From contig OZ024742.1 of the NCBI GenBank assembly GCA_964016885.1, forward strand, positions 63,736,001 through 63,800,000: a DNA stretch of 64,000 nt, in the 5' to 3' direction. Below, one piece after another: positions 48,240 through 62,400 of this stretch; position 1 is the first letter of the stretch; every line of letters starts with the position of its first letter. The notes under the pieces are model-generated. The model did not search any database, was not told the DNA's origin, and worked only from the letters and a program-made list of their open reading frames with translations. Made by a program: the position numbers and the translations under genes. Source of the DNA: Eledone cirrhosa (taxonomy: Eukaryota).

Positions 48240-51200
48240 ATGATTTTATTTATTAGCCACAAGGGCCGACATGTAGGGGACAATACAAAGACAGGGACAG
48301 TGAGGGTTTACAATGAGGTCGAGTAAAAGTACACAATGGCAAGACTAATTTAACAATGAAGATATAAAAATATAAAATAAACTATGCATAAATATAACAA
48401 AATAAATTTCCCGATATGGGATGGACGACCCTGGGGTGACTCAGGTACCCCCCCCCCCCATCCTGAACAACCCTGTGATTCTAGGGCACCCAGGGAGAGC
48501 ACCCCTCTCCTCAAGTTAGCTAGCCTATAGGCGCATGGTCAGAGTAGGCCCATTCACACGGGCCATTCTCGCCACATTCATCCACCTTTTAGCAAATGTA
48601 CTAAGGGGCAGCACTTCTCTCTCCACCTTCACCTTCCTTTCCAGGTGAAACTTGTAGAAGTTGATGAGGGATTGGCCGAAGAGAAAAGTGTCTGTCTTCA
48701 GTCCTTTTAATCTGGTCCACCATATAACCTCTTTCGCAACGGCCACCAGACAGGAAAATTTCCTGCTCTTCCTGACCTAAGGAAGGCGGCGGTTCGATCT
48801 TCACTATGGACTCGGCCGATAGCCGGATTCGTTACACACGCGACAGTAGCTGTTCGACATAACTTCACAAGTCAGTAATGCACGGACATTGGACAAGTGG
48901 GTGCAGAGCGGTTTCGTCGTTCTGTGCGCATCTTGGGCAGGTCCGTCTGACAGCACTTCCGTGCCTGTAGAGTTTATCCCGAACCGGCAGTGCCCCCCGG
49001 TAGCACTGCCAAGCGAAGGATTTCTGGAAATTGTCCATCATCCCCGGCTCGAAAGTCCTCCGGTACAGACTGGTCAGTTCGACTTCGTCGAGGCCCAAAG
49101 CTTCTCCGAGTGCGTCATTGCTCTTACCCACCACTAATCTTCTATAGAACTTGAGAGTGGAAGTTCCACTGATCGCATTGCTCGCTTGGTAGAGGGCAGT
49201 GAGTGCCTGGCAACATTCCAGGTGCCAGTCACCCAGTCTCGGTCTCTTCTTGACCCAGGACTGCAGCTCAGTCAAAGGAACAAGCTGCGGAAACGCCCGT
49301 CTGATAAACGGTGACCGCACATGTTCACCGTTTAGGCAGAATATCTGGAGATGTCGCAGCCTTAACGCATGTATGCGCATCATTAGCCACGGCGTGCCCA
49401 GCCCTCCGCGTAGTGGGTGCTGGCAGCAGATGGACCGCCTCACCAACGGAACTTGTCCCCTCCACAAGAATTTTATGAGAAGCCGTTCCAACTTGACGAG
49501 GCGCGGACGGGGTAAGGCACGACGGTCAGGCGGTAGTAGATGACGGACGCGATGTACGCATTCGCCACCTCCGCGCGACCTTACAGTGATAGCTTCCTCC
49601 CAGCCCATTTTTGGGTGAGACTGACTACTCTGCTCGTTACCTCGTCCCAATTCTTTTCCACCTGGAGGTCTGGTCCGAACCAAACCCCGAGCAAATTTAC
49701 CGGTCCGTCCGTCCAGCGCCCCACGACTCTGTTGGATGGCATAGGCTTGCCTCTCCAGGTTCCGAGCTGCAAGCCCACCGACTTTTCCGGGTTAAGTTTG
49801 GCTCCTGTCAACCTTTCTTATTCTTTCAATAAGGTGCCGACCACCTCGATTTCTGAGGTGTCCGACACCATCATGGTGATGTCGTCCGCATAAGCCGACA
49901 CCACCCTTCCACGTCCAGGTTCGAGCGGGATGCCCTGCAACAGCTCCAGCTTCCGCAGTAAAGGCTCGAGAGTCAATGCGTACAGAAGGGAAGAGAGAGG
50001 GCACCCTTGACGGACGGATCGGGAGAGCCGAAATGGTTCCGAGAGGTGGCCATTAACCTTGACCACCGAGCGTGTGCCACTGTGCATTGCAGCGATCCAG
50101 CTTCTGAAGACAGGGCCGAAGCCAGCCGCTTTGAGGACAAACTCCAGATACCGATGGTCGACCCTATCGAATGCTTTCGATTGATCTAAATTGATCAGTG
50201 CCCCACCGAAGCCAGGTTTACACCCTACCCTCTCCATGATGTATCGCATGAGGTGGAGATTGTCGTGTATGGACCTGGCTGGGATTGCGCAAGTTTGCGC
50301 CTCCCCAACCAAATCCTCGACGACAAGCGCCAATCTCTTTGCTAACACCTTGGCCAAAATCTTAAACTCTGTGTTGAGCAGAGTTATGGGCCTGAAGTTA
50401 TCTAATGTATCTCTCTTGTTCTCGTCTTTTCTTATCAGCGTCACCACTCCCCTGCTCACAGAACTTGGAATACTCCCATTCTGCTGCCAGTTGCAGTAGA
50501 GTGCTTCGAGGAGATCGGAGAACAAGTCTGGCATATTTACGTAAAGCTCGTAGGGCAGGCTATCCAAACCGGGTGACTTGCGCCTCATACAGCCGATAAC
50601 GGCGTCCTGAATTTCGGCTGAAGTAATCGGCCTTTCGCAGCGCTCAGCGTCGACCGTCGAGATGCACGACAAGCCATCAAGGTAGGGACTGAAATCCGCT
50701 ACTCTCTCTGACTCACCACTCCCCCTGAACAACCGAGCAAAGTGCTGGTGAAAGGCCTCACACATCCGCTTGGAATCGCTTATCTCATGTCCGTCTCAGT
50801 CCGCCAAAGACCGAATTGTTGTTTTATTACCACGCTGCGCCTCCGCCACGCGGGCCCATCGAACAGCTTTGGTTCCCTCGTTTCTCAGCGCACGCGCCTT
50901 AGCTCTGACAATGCAACCTTCGTGTTTGGCATTGAAGAAATGGTCTAATGCCATTCTCGCCGCTAGCACGCCAGTTGCAATGCCACTACAAATAGCCTCG
51001 TCTAACTTAACTACCAGCTCCCCCTCCTTTCTATTTTTCTCTAACGCTAGTTCTTTGCTGAACTTTATCGAAGTTACTCTAATCTCTCTTTTGAGAGCCC
51101 CCCACCATCTGTTGTTGATGATTCCCCCTGTCAACTTTTGCTTAACTAAATTGTTGACTCGGTCCCTGAAAGCCTTGCGTGCCGGAAATGACATGTTCAG

Positions 51201-52315
51201 CTTCCAGTAACCCGGTCCTAACCTACGCGTTTTATCTAGGTCGACCATACAGATCACAAATTCATGATCTGGATAGGCGACCGTTTTGAAAAGTGGGCAG
51301 CCTATACTATTTCTATTTATTTTCCTAATGAAGATCCTGTCTATATACGATCTAGATGACCCCTTGCGGTTGGTCCATGTCCATACTGGCACATTGGGGA
51401 AATCTAGTCGATACCTGTCAGACAGTTGGAACTGGCTGATTAGGTGCTTGAGGCTTTTGCACCCCCCGCTCCTATCAGCTACTCCCACACAATCCCAGCG
51501 TGCGTCTATGATGCCATTCCAGTCCCCCGCTAACAGTAAAGGGAGAGACGTACCCAGAAAGGTCTCCAGGCGCCTAAAGAAGTCCGGTCGTCCGGCCCCT
51601 GTAGGGGCGTAGACGGCCAGCAGTCTAAAGGCACCACCTTCGCTACTGCTCACATCCAAGATCGCGGAAGATCGACCTTACCTCGAGATCCAGTCCTTTC
51701 CTAAACAGCACTGCCACCCTACCTCCCATTCCCGGCCTGCTTACAGATGCGAAGATCTGATAGTCGTCGAAAATGGGGGCTAGTGCGCGCGTGTCGGAAA
51801 TTCTGGTCTCGCTGACGGCAATCCCATCCATTTCCAGCGACCTGAGGTCGTTGAGCAGACGACCTTGCTTCCAGGGTGACCCCAGGCCGCGAACATTTAA
51901 ACTTCCTACTCTTAATATGGCCATGTTGGCAAGGTAAAAGAGACAGGGAAGGTTTACTTACCTCCCGGGGTCTTATGAACGTCGGGTGGTTAGAGCTCCA
52001 TTGTTGGTGGTGTTTCTTTTGGCAACCCCTTTAAAAGTCTCGATGTGGGTTTCACATTAGGACCAGAAGCAAATCTTCTGGCACGCAAAATGTGCTCATT
52101 TCAAAGATCTCTCCCTCTGTTTGAATGTCCTCGCTTCGTGATAAGAGGGCCATCAGTTTATCGTTGGCCCTTCTGACAAGCACGAAGTTTTTAACATTTT
52201 GTTGGTGTGGTTTCATTTGTTTTCGTTTTGGTGACTGTGGTGGTGATGGTTTTGGTGGTGTTGTTTCGGGTATGACTGTGATGGTGTTGATGGTGGTGGT
52301 GGTGGTGATGGTGTG
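48240..52315 (-). mobile_element. Tx1-like (L1 group) LINE with near-complete ORF2, disrupted
   Basis: From 51924: SLNVRGL and GDWN..IDRIF..PDH (APE), LDQSKAFDRVDH, VRQGCPLS, YADD (RT), CPRC..ET..H zinc motif; tail GGCCCTTGTGGCTAATAAA; probable ORF1 remnant upstream. Confidence 0.92.
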
Positions 52316-52489
52316 AGTAGTAATAGTAATATTTTCATTCGCTTTTAATCGCTAAAATTTAGGATAAAGTACTTCAATCGGAGAATTAATTGGTGGGGTT
52401 TAAAAAACAACAAAAACAACAAACATTAAAACAACAACATAACAGTAATAAAGATTGCTTACATAATAATAATGACAATTTTAATGATA

Positions 52490-52511
52490 ATAGTAGTAGT
52501 AGCATCAGCTA

Positions 52512-52546
<35 letters not shown>

Positions 52547-52571
52547 ATCGTCGTTGTCGTCGTCGTAGTAA

Positions 52572-52630
<59 letters not shown>

Positions 52631-52775
52631 ATAGTAGTAGTAGTAGTAGTAGTGCTAGTAGTGGTAGTAGTAGTAATAGCAGCAGTAGCAGCATTAGAGG
52701 TAGCAGTAGTAGTAGTAGTAGTAGTAATAGTAGTAATAGTAGTAGTAGTAGTTGTAGGAGTAGTAGTAGTAGTGC

Positions 52776-52811
<36 letters not shown>

Positions 52812-52833
52812 CAGCAGCAGCAGTAACAGTAGT
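52490..52833. repeat. (AGT)n microsatellite
   Basis: Long imperfect AGT/AGC run. Confidence 0.95.
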
Positions 52834-52967
52834 TGGTGAGTTTCCCAACCTATTTCTTCATTACACAACTTCACATTTTGCTCTCTTAATACCACATCTT
52901 TTAATTAATGTCACATCTCTTAATTAATATCACATCTTGATGTCTTCGTCTTGGTATTTCGTGTTAG

Positions 52968-53131
52968 ACTTGTAGAATAATTAGACAGCAATTCACGATA
53001 TTTACAGCAACAACAACAACTACAACAACAGCAAAAACTGAAACAACAACAACAACAACAAGTACTACAACAACAGATACAACAACAACAACAATAACAA
53101 CTGCAACTAGAACAACAACAACAACAACTAT

Positions 53132-53175
<44 letters not shown>

Positions 53176-55767
53176 CTACATCGACAGAAACAGTAGGAAC
53201 TACAACAATAACAACAGCTACTACACCAATAACAACAACTACAACTAGAACAACAACAACAACAACAACTACAACAACAGAAACAGCAAGAACTACAACA
53301 ACAACAGCAACAACTACAACAACTACAACAACTACAACTACACTAACTACAACAGAAACAGCAGGAACTACAACAATAACAACAGCTACTACACCAACAA
53401 CAACAACAACAACAACAACAACAACTACAACTACAACAACAGAAACAACAACTATAACAACGGAAAAAACTACAACAACTACAACAAAAACAACAACAGC
53501 AACAGAAACAGCAGGAACTACAACAATAACAACAGCTACTACACCAATAACAACAACTACAACTAGAACAACAACAACAACAACAACTACAACAACAGAA
53601 ACAGCAAGAACTACAACAACAACAGCAACAACTACAACAAATACAACAACTACAACTACACTAACTACAACAGAAACAGCAGGAACTACAACAATAACAA
53701 CAGCTACTACACCAACAACAACAACAACAACAGCAACAACAACAACAACTACAACTACAACAACAGAAACAGCAGGAACTACAACAATAACAACAGCTAC
53801 TACACCAACAACAACAACAGCAACAACTACAACAACAACAACAACAGCAACAACAACTACAACAACTACAACAACAGAAACAGCAGGAACTACAACAATA
53901 ACAACAGCTACTACACCAACAACAACAACAACAACAGCAACAACAACAACAACTACAACTACAACAACAGAAACAGCAGGAACTACAACAATAACAACAG
54001 CTACTACACCAACAACAACAGCAACAACAACAACTACAACAACAACAACAGAAACAGCAGGAACTACAACAATAACAACAGCTACTACACCAACAACAGC
54101 AACAACAACAACAACAACAGAAACAGCAGGAACTACAACAATAACAACAGCTACTACACCAACAACAGCAACAACAACAACAACTACAACTACAACAACA
54201 GAAACAGCAGGAACTACAACAATAACAACAACAACAACACCAACAACAACAACAACAACAACAACTACAACAACAACAACAACAGAAACAGCAGGAACTA
54301 CAACAATAACAACAGCTACTACACCAACAACAGCAACAACAACAACAACTACAACTACACCAACAACAGCAACAGCAACAACAACAGCAACAACAACTAC
54401 AACAACAACAGAAACAGCAGGAACTACCACAATAACAACAGCTACTACACCAACAACAGCAACAACAACAACTACAACAACAGAAACAGCAGGAACTACA
54501 ACAATAACAACAGCTACTACACCAACAACAGCAACAACAACAACAACTACTACTACAACAACAGAAACAGCAGGAACTACAACAATAACAACAGCTACTA
54601 CACCAACAACAACAACAACAACAACAACAACAACTGCAACAACAGAAACAGCAGGAACTACAACAATAACAACAGCTACTACACCAACAACAGCAACAAC
54701 TACAACAACAACTACAACAACAAAAAACAGCAGGAACTACAACAACAACAACAGCTACTACACCAACAGCAACAACAACAACAACAACAACTACAACAAC
54801 AGAAACAGCAGGAACTACAACAACAACAACAGCTACTACACCAACAACAGCAACAACTACAACTACAACAACAACAACAACTACAACAACAGAAACAGCA
54901 GGAACTACAACAACAACAACAGCTACTACACCAACAACAGCAACAACTACAACAACAACTACAACAACAGAAACAGCAGGAACAACAACAACAACAACAT
55001 CTACTACACCAACAACAGCAACAACAACAACTACAACAACAACACCAGAAACAGCAGGAACTACAACAACAACAACAACAGCTACTACACCAACAACAGC
55101 AACAACTACAACAACAACAACAACAACTACAACAACTACAACAACAGAAACAGCAAGAACTACAACAATAACAACAGCTACTACACCAACAACAGCAACA
55201 ACTACAACTACAACAACAACAACAACTACAACAACAGAAACAGCAGGAACTACAACAACAACAACAGCTACTACACCAACAACAGCAACAACAACACCAA
55301 CAACTACAACAACAGAAACAGCAAGAACTACAACAATAACAACAGCTACTACACCAACAACAACAACAACTACAACAACAGAAACAGCAGGAACTACAAC
55401 AACAACAACAGCTACTACACCAACAACAGCAACAACTACAACAACAACTACAACAACAGAAACAGCAGGAACAACAACAACAACATCTACTACACCAACA
55501 ACAGCAACAACAACACCAACAACTACAACAACAGAAACAGCAGGAACTACAACAACAACAACAACAGCAACAACAACAACTACAACTACACCAACAACAG
55601 CAACAGCAACAACAACAGCAACAACAACTACAACAACTATCAACAACAGAAACAGCAGGAACTACAACAACAACAACAGCTACTACACCAACAACAGCAA
55701 CAACAACAACTACAACAACAACAACAGAAACAGCAGGAACTACAACAATAACAACAGCTACTACACC

Positions 55768-55822
<55 letters not shown>

Positions 55823-57838
55823 GAAACAGCAGGAACTACAACAATAACAACAGCTACTACACCAACAACAGCAACAACAACAACAACAACAGAACCAGCA
55901 GGAACTACAACAATAACAACAGCTACTACACCACCAACAACAACAACAACAACAACAACAGAAACAGCAGGAACTACAACAATAACAACAGCTACTACAC
56001 CAACAACAGCAACAGCAACAACAACAGCAACAACAACAACAACAACTACAACAACAACAACAACAGAAACAGCAACAACAACAACAACTACAACTACACC
56101 AACAACAACAACAGAAACAGCAGGAACTACAACAATAACAACAGCAACAACAACAGCAACAACAACTACAACAACTACAACAACAGAAACAGCAGGAACT
56201 ACAACAATAACAACAGCTACTACACCAACAACAACAACAACAACTACAACAACAACTGCAACAACAGAAACAGCAGGAACTACAACAACAACAACAGCTA
56301 CTACACCAACAGCAACAACAACAACAACAACAACAACTACAACAACAGAAACAGCAGGAACTACAACAACAACAACAGCTACTACACCAACAACAGCAAC
56401 AACTACAACTACAACAACAACAACAACTACAACAACAGAAACAGCAGGAACTACAACAACAACAGCTACTACACCAACAACAGCAACAACTTCAACAACA
56501 ACTACAACAACAGAAACAGCAGGAACTACAACAACAACAACATCTACTACACCAACAACAGCAACAACAACAACTACAACTACAACAACAGAAACAGCAG
56601 GAACTACAACAACAACAACAGCTACTACACCAACAACAACAACAACAACTACAACAACAACAACAACAGAAACAGCAGGAACTACAACAATAACAACAGC
56701 AACAACAACAGCAACAACAACAACAACAACTACAACAACAGAAACAGCAGGAACTACAACAACAACAACAGCTACTACACCAACAACAGCAACAACTACA
56801 ACTACAACAACAACAACAACTACAACAGCAGAAACAGCAGGAACTACAACAACAACAACAGCTACTACACCAACAACAGCAACAACTACAACAACAACAA
56901 CAACAACTACAACAACAGAAACAGCAAGAACTACAACAATAACAACAGCTACTACACCAACAACAGCAACAACAACACCAACAACTACAACAACAGAAAC
57001 AGCAGGAACTACAACAATAACACCAGCTACTACACTAACAACAGCAACAAATACAACAACAACAACTACAACAACAGAAACAGCAGGAACTACAACAATA
57101 ACAACAGCTACTACACCAACAACAACAACTACAACAACAACTACAACAACAACAGAAACAGCAGGAACTACAACAATAACAACAGCTACTACACCAACAA
57201 CAGCAACAACTACAACAACAACTTCAACAACAGAAACAGCAGGAACTACAACAACAACAACAGCTACTACACCAACAACAGCAACAACAACACCAACAAC
57301 TACAACAACAGAAACAGCAGGAACTACAACAATAACAACAGCTACTACACTAACAACAGCAACAAATACAACAACAACAACTACAACAACAGAAACAGCA
57401 GGAACTACAACAACAACAACAGCTACTACACCAACAACAGCAACAACTACAACTACAACAACAACAACAACTACAACAACAGAAACAGCAGGAACTACAA
57501 CAACAACAACAGCTACTACACCAACAACAGCAACAACTACAACAACAACAACAACAACTACAACAACTACAACAACAGAAACAGCAGGAACTACAACAAT
57601 AACAACAGCTACTACACTAACAACAGCAACAAATACAACAACAACAACTACAACAACAGAAACAGCAGGAACTACAACAATAACAACAACTACTACACCA
57701 ACAACAACAACTACAACAACAACAGAAACAGCAGGAACTACAACAATAACAACAGCTACTACACCAACAGCAACAACAACAACAACAGAAACAGCAGGCA
57801 CTACAACAATAACAACAGCTACTACACCAACAACCTAG
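52968..57838 (+). repeat. 4.9-kb ACA-based array of roughly 60-90-bp units; possible Thr-rich mucin-like reading frame
   Basis: Unit gaaacagcaggaactacaacaataacaacagctactacacca plus (ACA/ACT)n reads ETAGTTTITTATTP(T)n; two 1-nt register shifts (about 54723 and 55640). Confidence 0.8.
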
Positions 57839-57932
57839 CCACATCACACCAGAAACTTTGCCGCGTTAATCCAACATGTCACATGTTGATGTTTTCGTCT
57901 CTGGCGTAATAAGACAGCAATTCACGAAGTTT

Positions 57933-58004
<72 letters not shown>

Positions 58005-58099
58005 CCAACAACAACAACAACACCAACACCAACAACAACAACAATAACAGTAACAATAACAACAATAAGAGCAATAACAACAGAAACAACAGCAACAAC

Positions 58100-59240
58100 C
58101 TTTTACGTCACACCAACTTTCCCACGTCACACCAACAACCTTCCACGTCACTGCAACAGCATTGCCACATCACACCAAGAACCTTCCGACGTCATACCAA
58201 CAATCTTTCCACGTCATACCAACAACCTTACCACGTCGCACCAACAATCTTTCCACGTCACACCAACAACCTTACCACGTCACACCAACAATCTTTCCAC
58301 GTCACACCAACAACCTTCCCACCACATAACAACAACATTGCCACGTTACACCAACAACATTGCCACGTTACACCAACAACATTGCCACGTCACATCAACA
58401 ACATTGCCACGTCATACCAACAACCTTACCACGTTACACCAACAACCTTCTCACGTCACACCAACAACATTGCTACGTCACATCAACAACATTGCCACGT
58501 CATACCAACAACCTTACCACGTTACACCAACAACATTGCCACGTCACAGCAACAACATTGCCACGTCATACCAACAACATTGCCACGTCACACCAACAAC
58601 CTTACCACGTTACACCAACAACCTTCTCACGTCACACCAACAACATTGCCACGTCACAGCAACAACATTGCCACGTCATACCAACAACCTTACCACGTAA
58701 CACCAACAACCTTCTCACGTCACACCAACAACATTGCCACGTCACAGCAACAGCATTGCTACGTCATACCAACAACCTTACCACGTTACACCAACAACAT
58801 TGCCACGTCACAGCAACAACATTGCCACGTCACAGCAACAACATTGCCACGTCATACCAACAACATTGCCACGTCACACCAACAACCTTACCACGTTACA
58901 CCAACAACCTTCTCACGTCACACCAACAACATTGCCACGTCACAGCAACAACATTGCCACGTCACAGCAACAACATTGCCATGTCACAGCAACAACATTG
59001 CCACGTCACACCAACAACATTGCCACGTCACACCAACAACATACCACGTCACACCAACAACATTGCCACGTCACACCAACAACATACCACGTCACATCAA
59101 CAACATTGCCACTACACATCAACAACCATTCTACGTCATACCAATAACCTTCCCTCGTCACACCAACAACATTGTAACGTCACACCAACAACATTGTAAC
59201 GTCACACCAACAACATTGCAACGTCACACCAACAACCTAC
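58100..59240. repeat. 22-bp minisatellite array
   Basis: ccacgtcacaccaacaacattg / ccacgttacaccaacaacctt variants. Confidence 0.9.
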
Positions 59241-59482
59241 CTAGGAGAAGGAGAACTCCAATGTAAAACCTGAGGTTCATGAAGTATTCAGTCTTGTCAT
59301 AGTATTTGTCACACTGAATAGCAACTTCATGCACCAAAAAGTGGAAGTAGTGCTGTGGCAGCTACATCTACTTTTAAATTAATATTTCGCACAGGTACTT
59401 CTTGTACACTTTCCTCGTTGTTTAAGATCGTAACGAGGGGTTGGCAGTAACCGGAAAATACATCCACAATTTTAATGTCAGT

Positions 59483-59740
59483 ATGAAGTTTCCTTGTTGG
59501 AATGTACATACTCTCTTAGACAACAATAGATTTGATATAGCAGACCATCGCACAGCATTAATTGCAAAAGAAATTGGTAAATATGGTCTGAACGTCGTTG
59601 CACTGTCTTAGACACATCTACCTGGAGATGGCGAACTTACTGAAAAGCCATTAGGTTACACTTTCTTTTGGAAAGGTTTACCTGAAGGGCAAAGGAGAGA
59701 TTCGGGTGTTGGTTTTGCAATTAAAAAGTCAATCCTAATT
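59483..59740 (+). pseudogene. RTE (BovB-like) apurinic endonuclease N-terminus
   Basis: WNVHTLLD..RTALIAKEIGKYGLNVVALS*TH..GYTFFWKG..GVGFAIK. Confidence 0.85.
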
Positions 59741-60171
59741 TCCGAGCGGTCTATCTGAATGCATGAAATCTTTTCGGCTCCAGCTAAAAGTTCGATCCCT
59801 GACAATTTCGAGTATTTATACGCCATCAATGTCGCATTCAATTGAAAGCATTGAACATTTCTATCGAGATCTTGGGAATCTGGTGTGAAGATAACACAGT
59901 GATATATATATGTATAAATGTAGGAACAGGCGGCGAATTGGCAAAATCGTTAGAACGTCGGATAGAATGCTTTGCAGTATTCATTCTGGTTTTCCGCACT
60001 CTGAGTTCAAAACGTTTACAAAAACACATGGGCGCGTGTCTCTTTAAGAGAATGGCAAAGAAACTACTATGATAATTTTAGAGTCTATATAGTACTTGTG
60101 TCGATTTAATCGAACTGAAACCCTTCTATTATTCAGCTACGTCCCTTTGTGTTCTGAATTCAAGCCCCACT

Positions 60172-60358
60172 GGATTAGCAGTATCAGTAGACGGTCGGAC
60201 GTCATGCTTTGCAGCATAGAGTTACGCTCATTTACGGTCTGAGTTCAAACCCCACCGAGGTTAACTTTGCTTTTCATCCTTACGGGGTCGATAAAATAAA
60301 GTACCAGTAATGCACTAGGAAAATTACCGGCCTTGTGCCAAAAGTAGAAACAATTATT
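60172..60358 (+). mobile_element. tRNA-derived SINE, young family
   Basis: Full copy; preceded by SINE head fragments at about 59930 and 60135. Confidence 0.9.
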
Positions 60359-60881
60359 GTAATGTCAATAAAAAACAACTGCCAGTCGAAGTTTTGAGGT
60401 CAATATATTCGTCTATTCCTGGTGTTCACAAAGTAGTCGATATCGATAAGGCTACCTATGGAGCCTATTGAACATTTGGTCCAAAACCTGATATTTGCAT
60501 GAGAAAAGAAAATATAGACATAATACAAAAAATACAACTTGTTTATACAGTTACATATAATTAGTTTTTATTCTCTATTTACAGATTTATTTACTTATTT
60601 ATTTTTAACATCCTCGATATTGATGGTGGGTCAAGGATATCACGAAGGGTCGATAGGGAGCCAAGTATTCCATTATGGGGTCGATGGAGAATCAAAATAT
60701 TCTACGAAGGGGATGATGGTCTAAAAGTGGTTACGATGTCTATATAGACCGTGGTGTAGAAAACAACGATGTACGGGTTCAGCTGAAACACCAAGAATGC
60801 AAATACGCTTAATTTGGTCTGTTAATTACTTTACAAAAAATACTCAAATCACCAGAGTTAGCATATATATATATATACCCC

Positions 60882-60921
<40 letters not shown>

Positions 60922-62053
60922 GGGGTAACAAATTATTGTTATAGGTAGTCCACTTAAGTGTAGTCCAGTTATGGTACTCCGGGTAGTGGATGATATCAAC
61001 GCTTGGCTAAGATGGACTCAACAAGGCGTTTCCATAGTGATGCTGCGAGTATGCTGTAATTCTTATGTTGTAAACACTTGGGGTAATGATAAATCAGGAC
61101 AACAACACCAGCTACAGTATCAACTGCAAAGACCTACAGTACCGGCATGTCCCACTGTAGGCTATGTGATCTAGAATTACTGTATATCCTTAGAAATGTA
61201 AAAAGGCTACTTAACAACAAGTTAGAAAGATCTATCTTCTGCAGACACAGGATCGCCAATAAATTCACAAGATTTAAACCTCCGTGAATCGAACTGACGT
61301 AACCTGGCTTTCAACTTAGGATACCCACTACACTGCACGAACCACCACAGAAATATAATCATTAAGTACATTCTAGCCTTCTTAGTTCTATACCACACTA
61401 ATGTCTGTAAGTACCTCATCAACCCATAAGCATATCTCTTCTCAGCTGCTGTCAGCAATTGAACCTAAATCCAAGAACATTTCAAAATACTACTACAACA
61501 GAACTTTACCTTCCTCCTGTTATAATTATAGTCAGCATGTTTTCTCTTTATATGTATGTATATATGTGTATGTATATATATATATATGTTTGTGTGCATG
61601 TATGTATATATATATATACTGCTTCCTTAACCTCTGTATTAACTTGCCCATTATATTGCTACTCTGTTAATGTTGTCTTATACATGTATGTTATTGATGA
61701 TGAGAAATCTAGACAACCCTTTCATCTAATATAGACCACACAAATCTCACTACAGTGATAAATCCTTCATCTGTCAGATAATAAACAATTCTTACGGCCA
61801 CCACACCTACATTGTTTAAAGACACCGGCTTATTTTTACAATAGATATTTAGTAGTTATTGGTTATAGATGTTATCGCCACTTTAGCAGGGTGGTAGAAT
61901 CAGTGGTCGTTAGTTGCCAGTGTGGTAAGTGATAGTATCCTCGTTGGATTATCTTGTTGACATAGACGTGAGGGAAGGTCCCTCGATCTATTTACCATCT
62001 ATTTACAATATTCCTTTCGTCAGGTCGCCAATTCCAGCAGCATGGATTAAAGA

Positions 62054-62400
62054 TGTTATTGAGACACGAATAACATAACAACGACTTCAACCGCCGTAAT
62101 TAGAGATGAAATGTTTGTTTATTTATATGGTTGAAGTTACAGATAAAAAGAGGTTACAAAAGGGAATGTGCCATTGCGCCGTTAAGCCGGCGAGGCTAGG
62201 GATGCAATATCTCACTGTTACATTATGCGTGTTGCTGGCTTGAAGTTTCCGGTACAAGAGCGAGATTCTTCAAATCTTCGCGGGGAATTTCTTCCTCAGG
62301 GCGCGTAGGGATACATCCTCTTCTACTGGCGCTGATTGGCTGAACTGAGCCAAATCACGCACAGAGAATGTATGTGAGCCCGCGGAATGTAGGTCACTAC
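62054..62400 (-). mobile_element. Possible solo LTR
   Basis: Minus strand TGTAGTGACC...AATAAA...CTCAATAACA (TG..CA), about 347 bp; no clear TSD. Confidence 0.4.

Noticed and set aside
52836-52967. Apparent intron (G|GTGAGT ... TTAG) joining the (AGT)n tract to the Thr-rich frame
   Set aside because: Each phase and nearby acceptor I tested gives an immediate stop or the wrong frame.
52964-57801. Long poly-Val and poly-Cys ORFs on the minus strand
   Set aside because: They are antisense readings of the (ACA)n array and are not plausible proteins.
58100-59266. CRISPR-like regular repeats and His/Thr-rich ORFs
   Set aside because: There are no unique spacers or cas genes; it is a 22-bp minisatellite open in several frames.
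60758-61219. Possible solo LTR (TG...CA ends)
   Set aside because: No TSD or other supporting signal was found.
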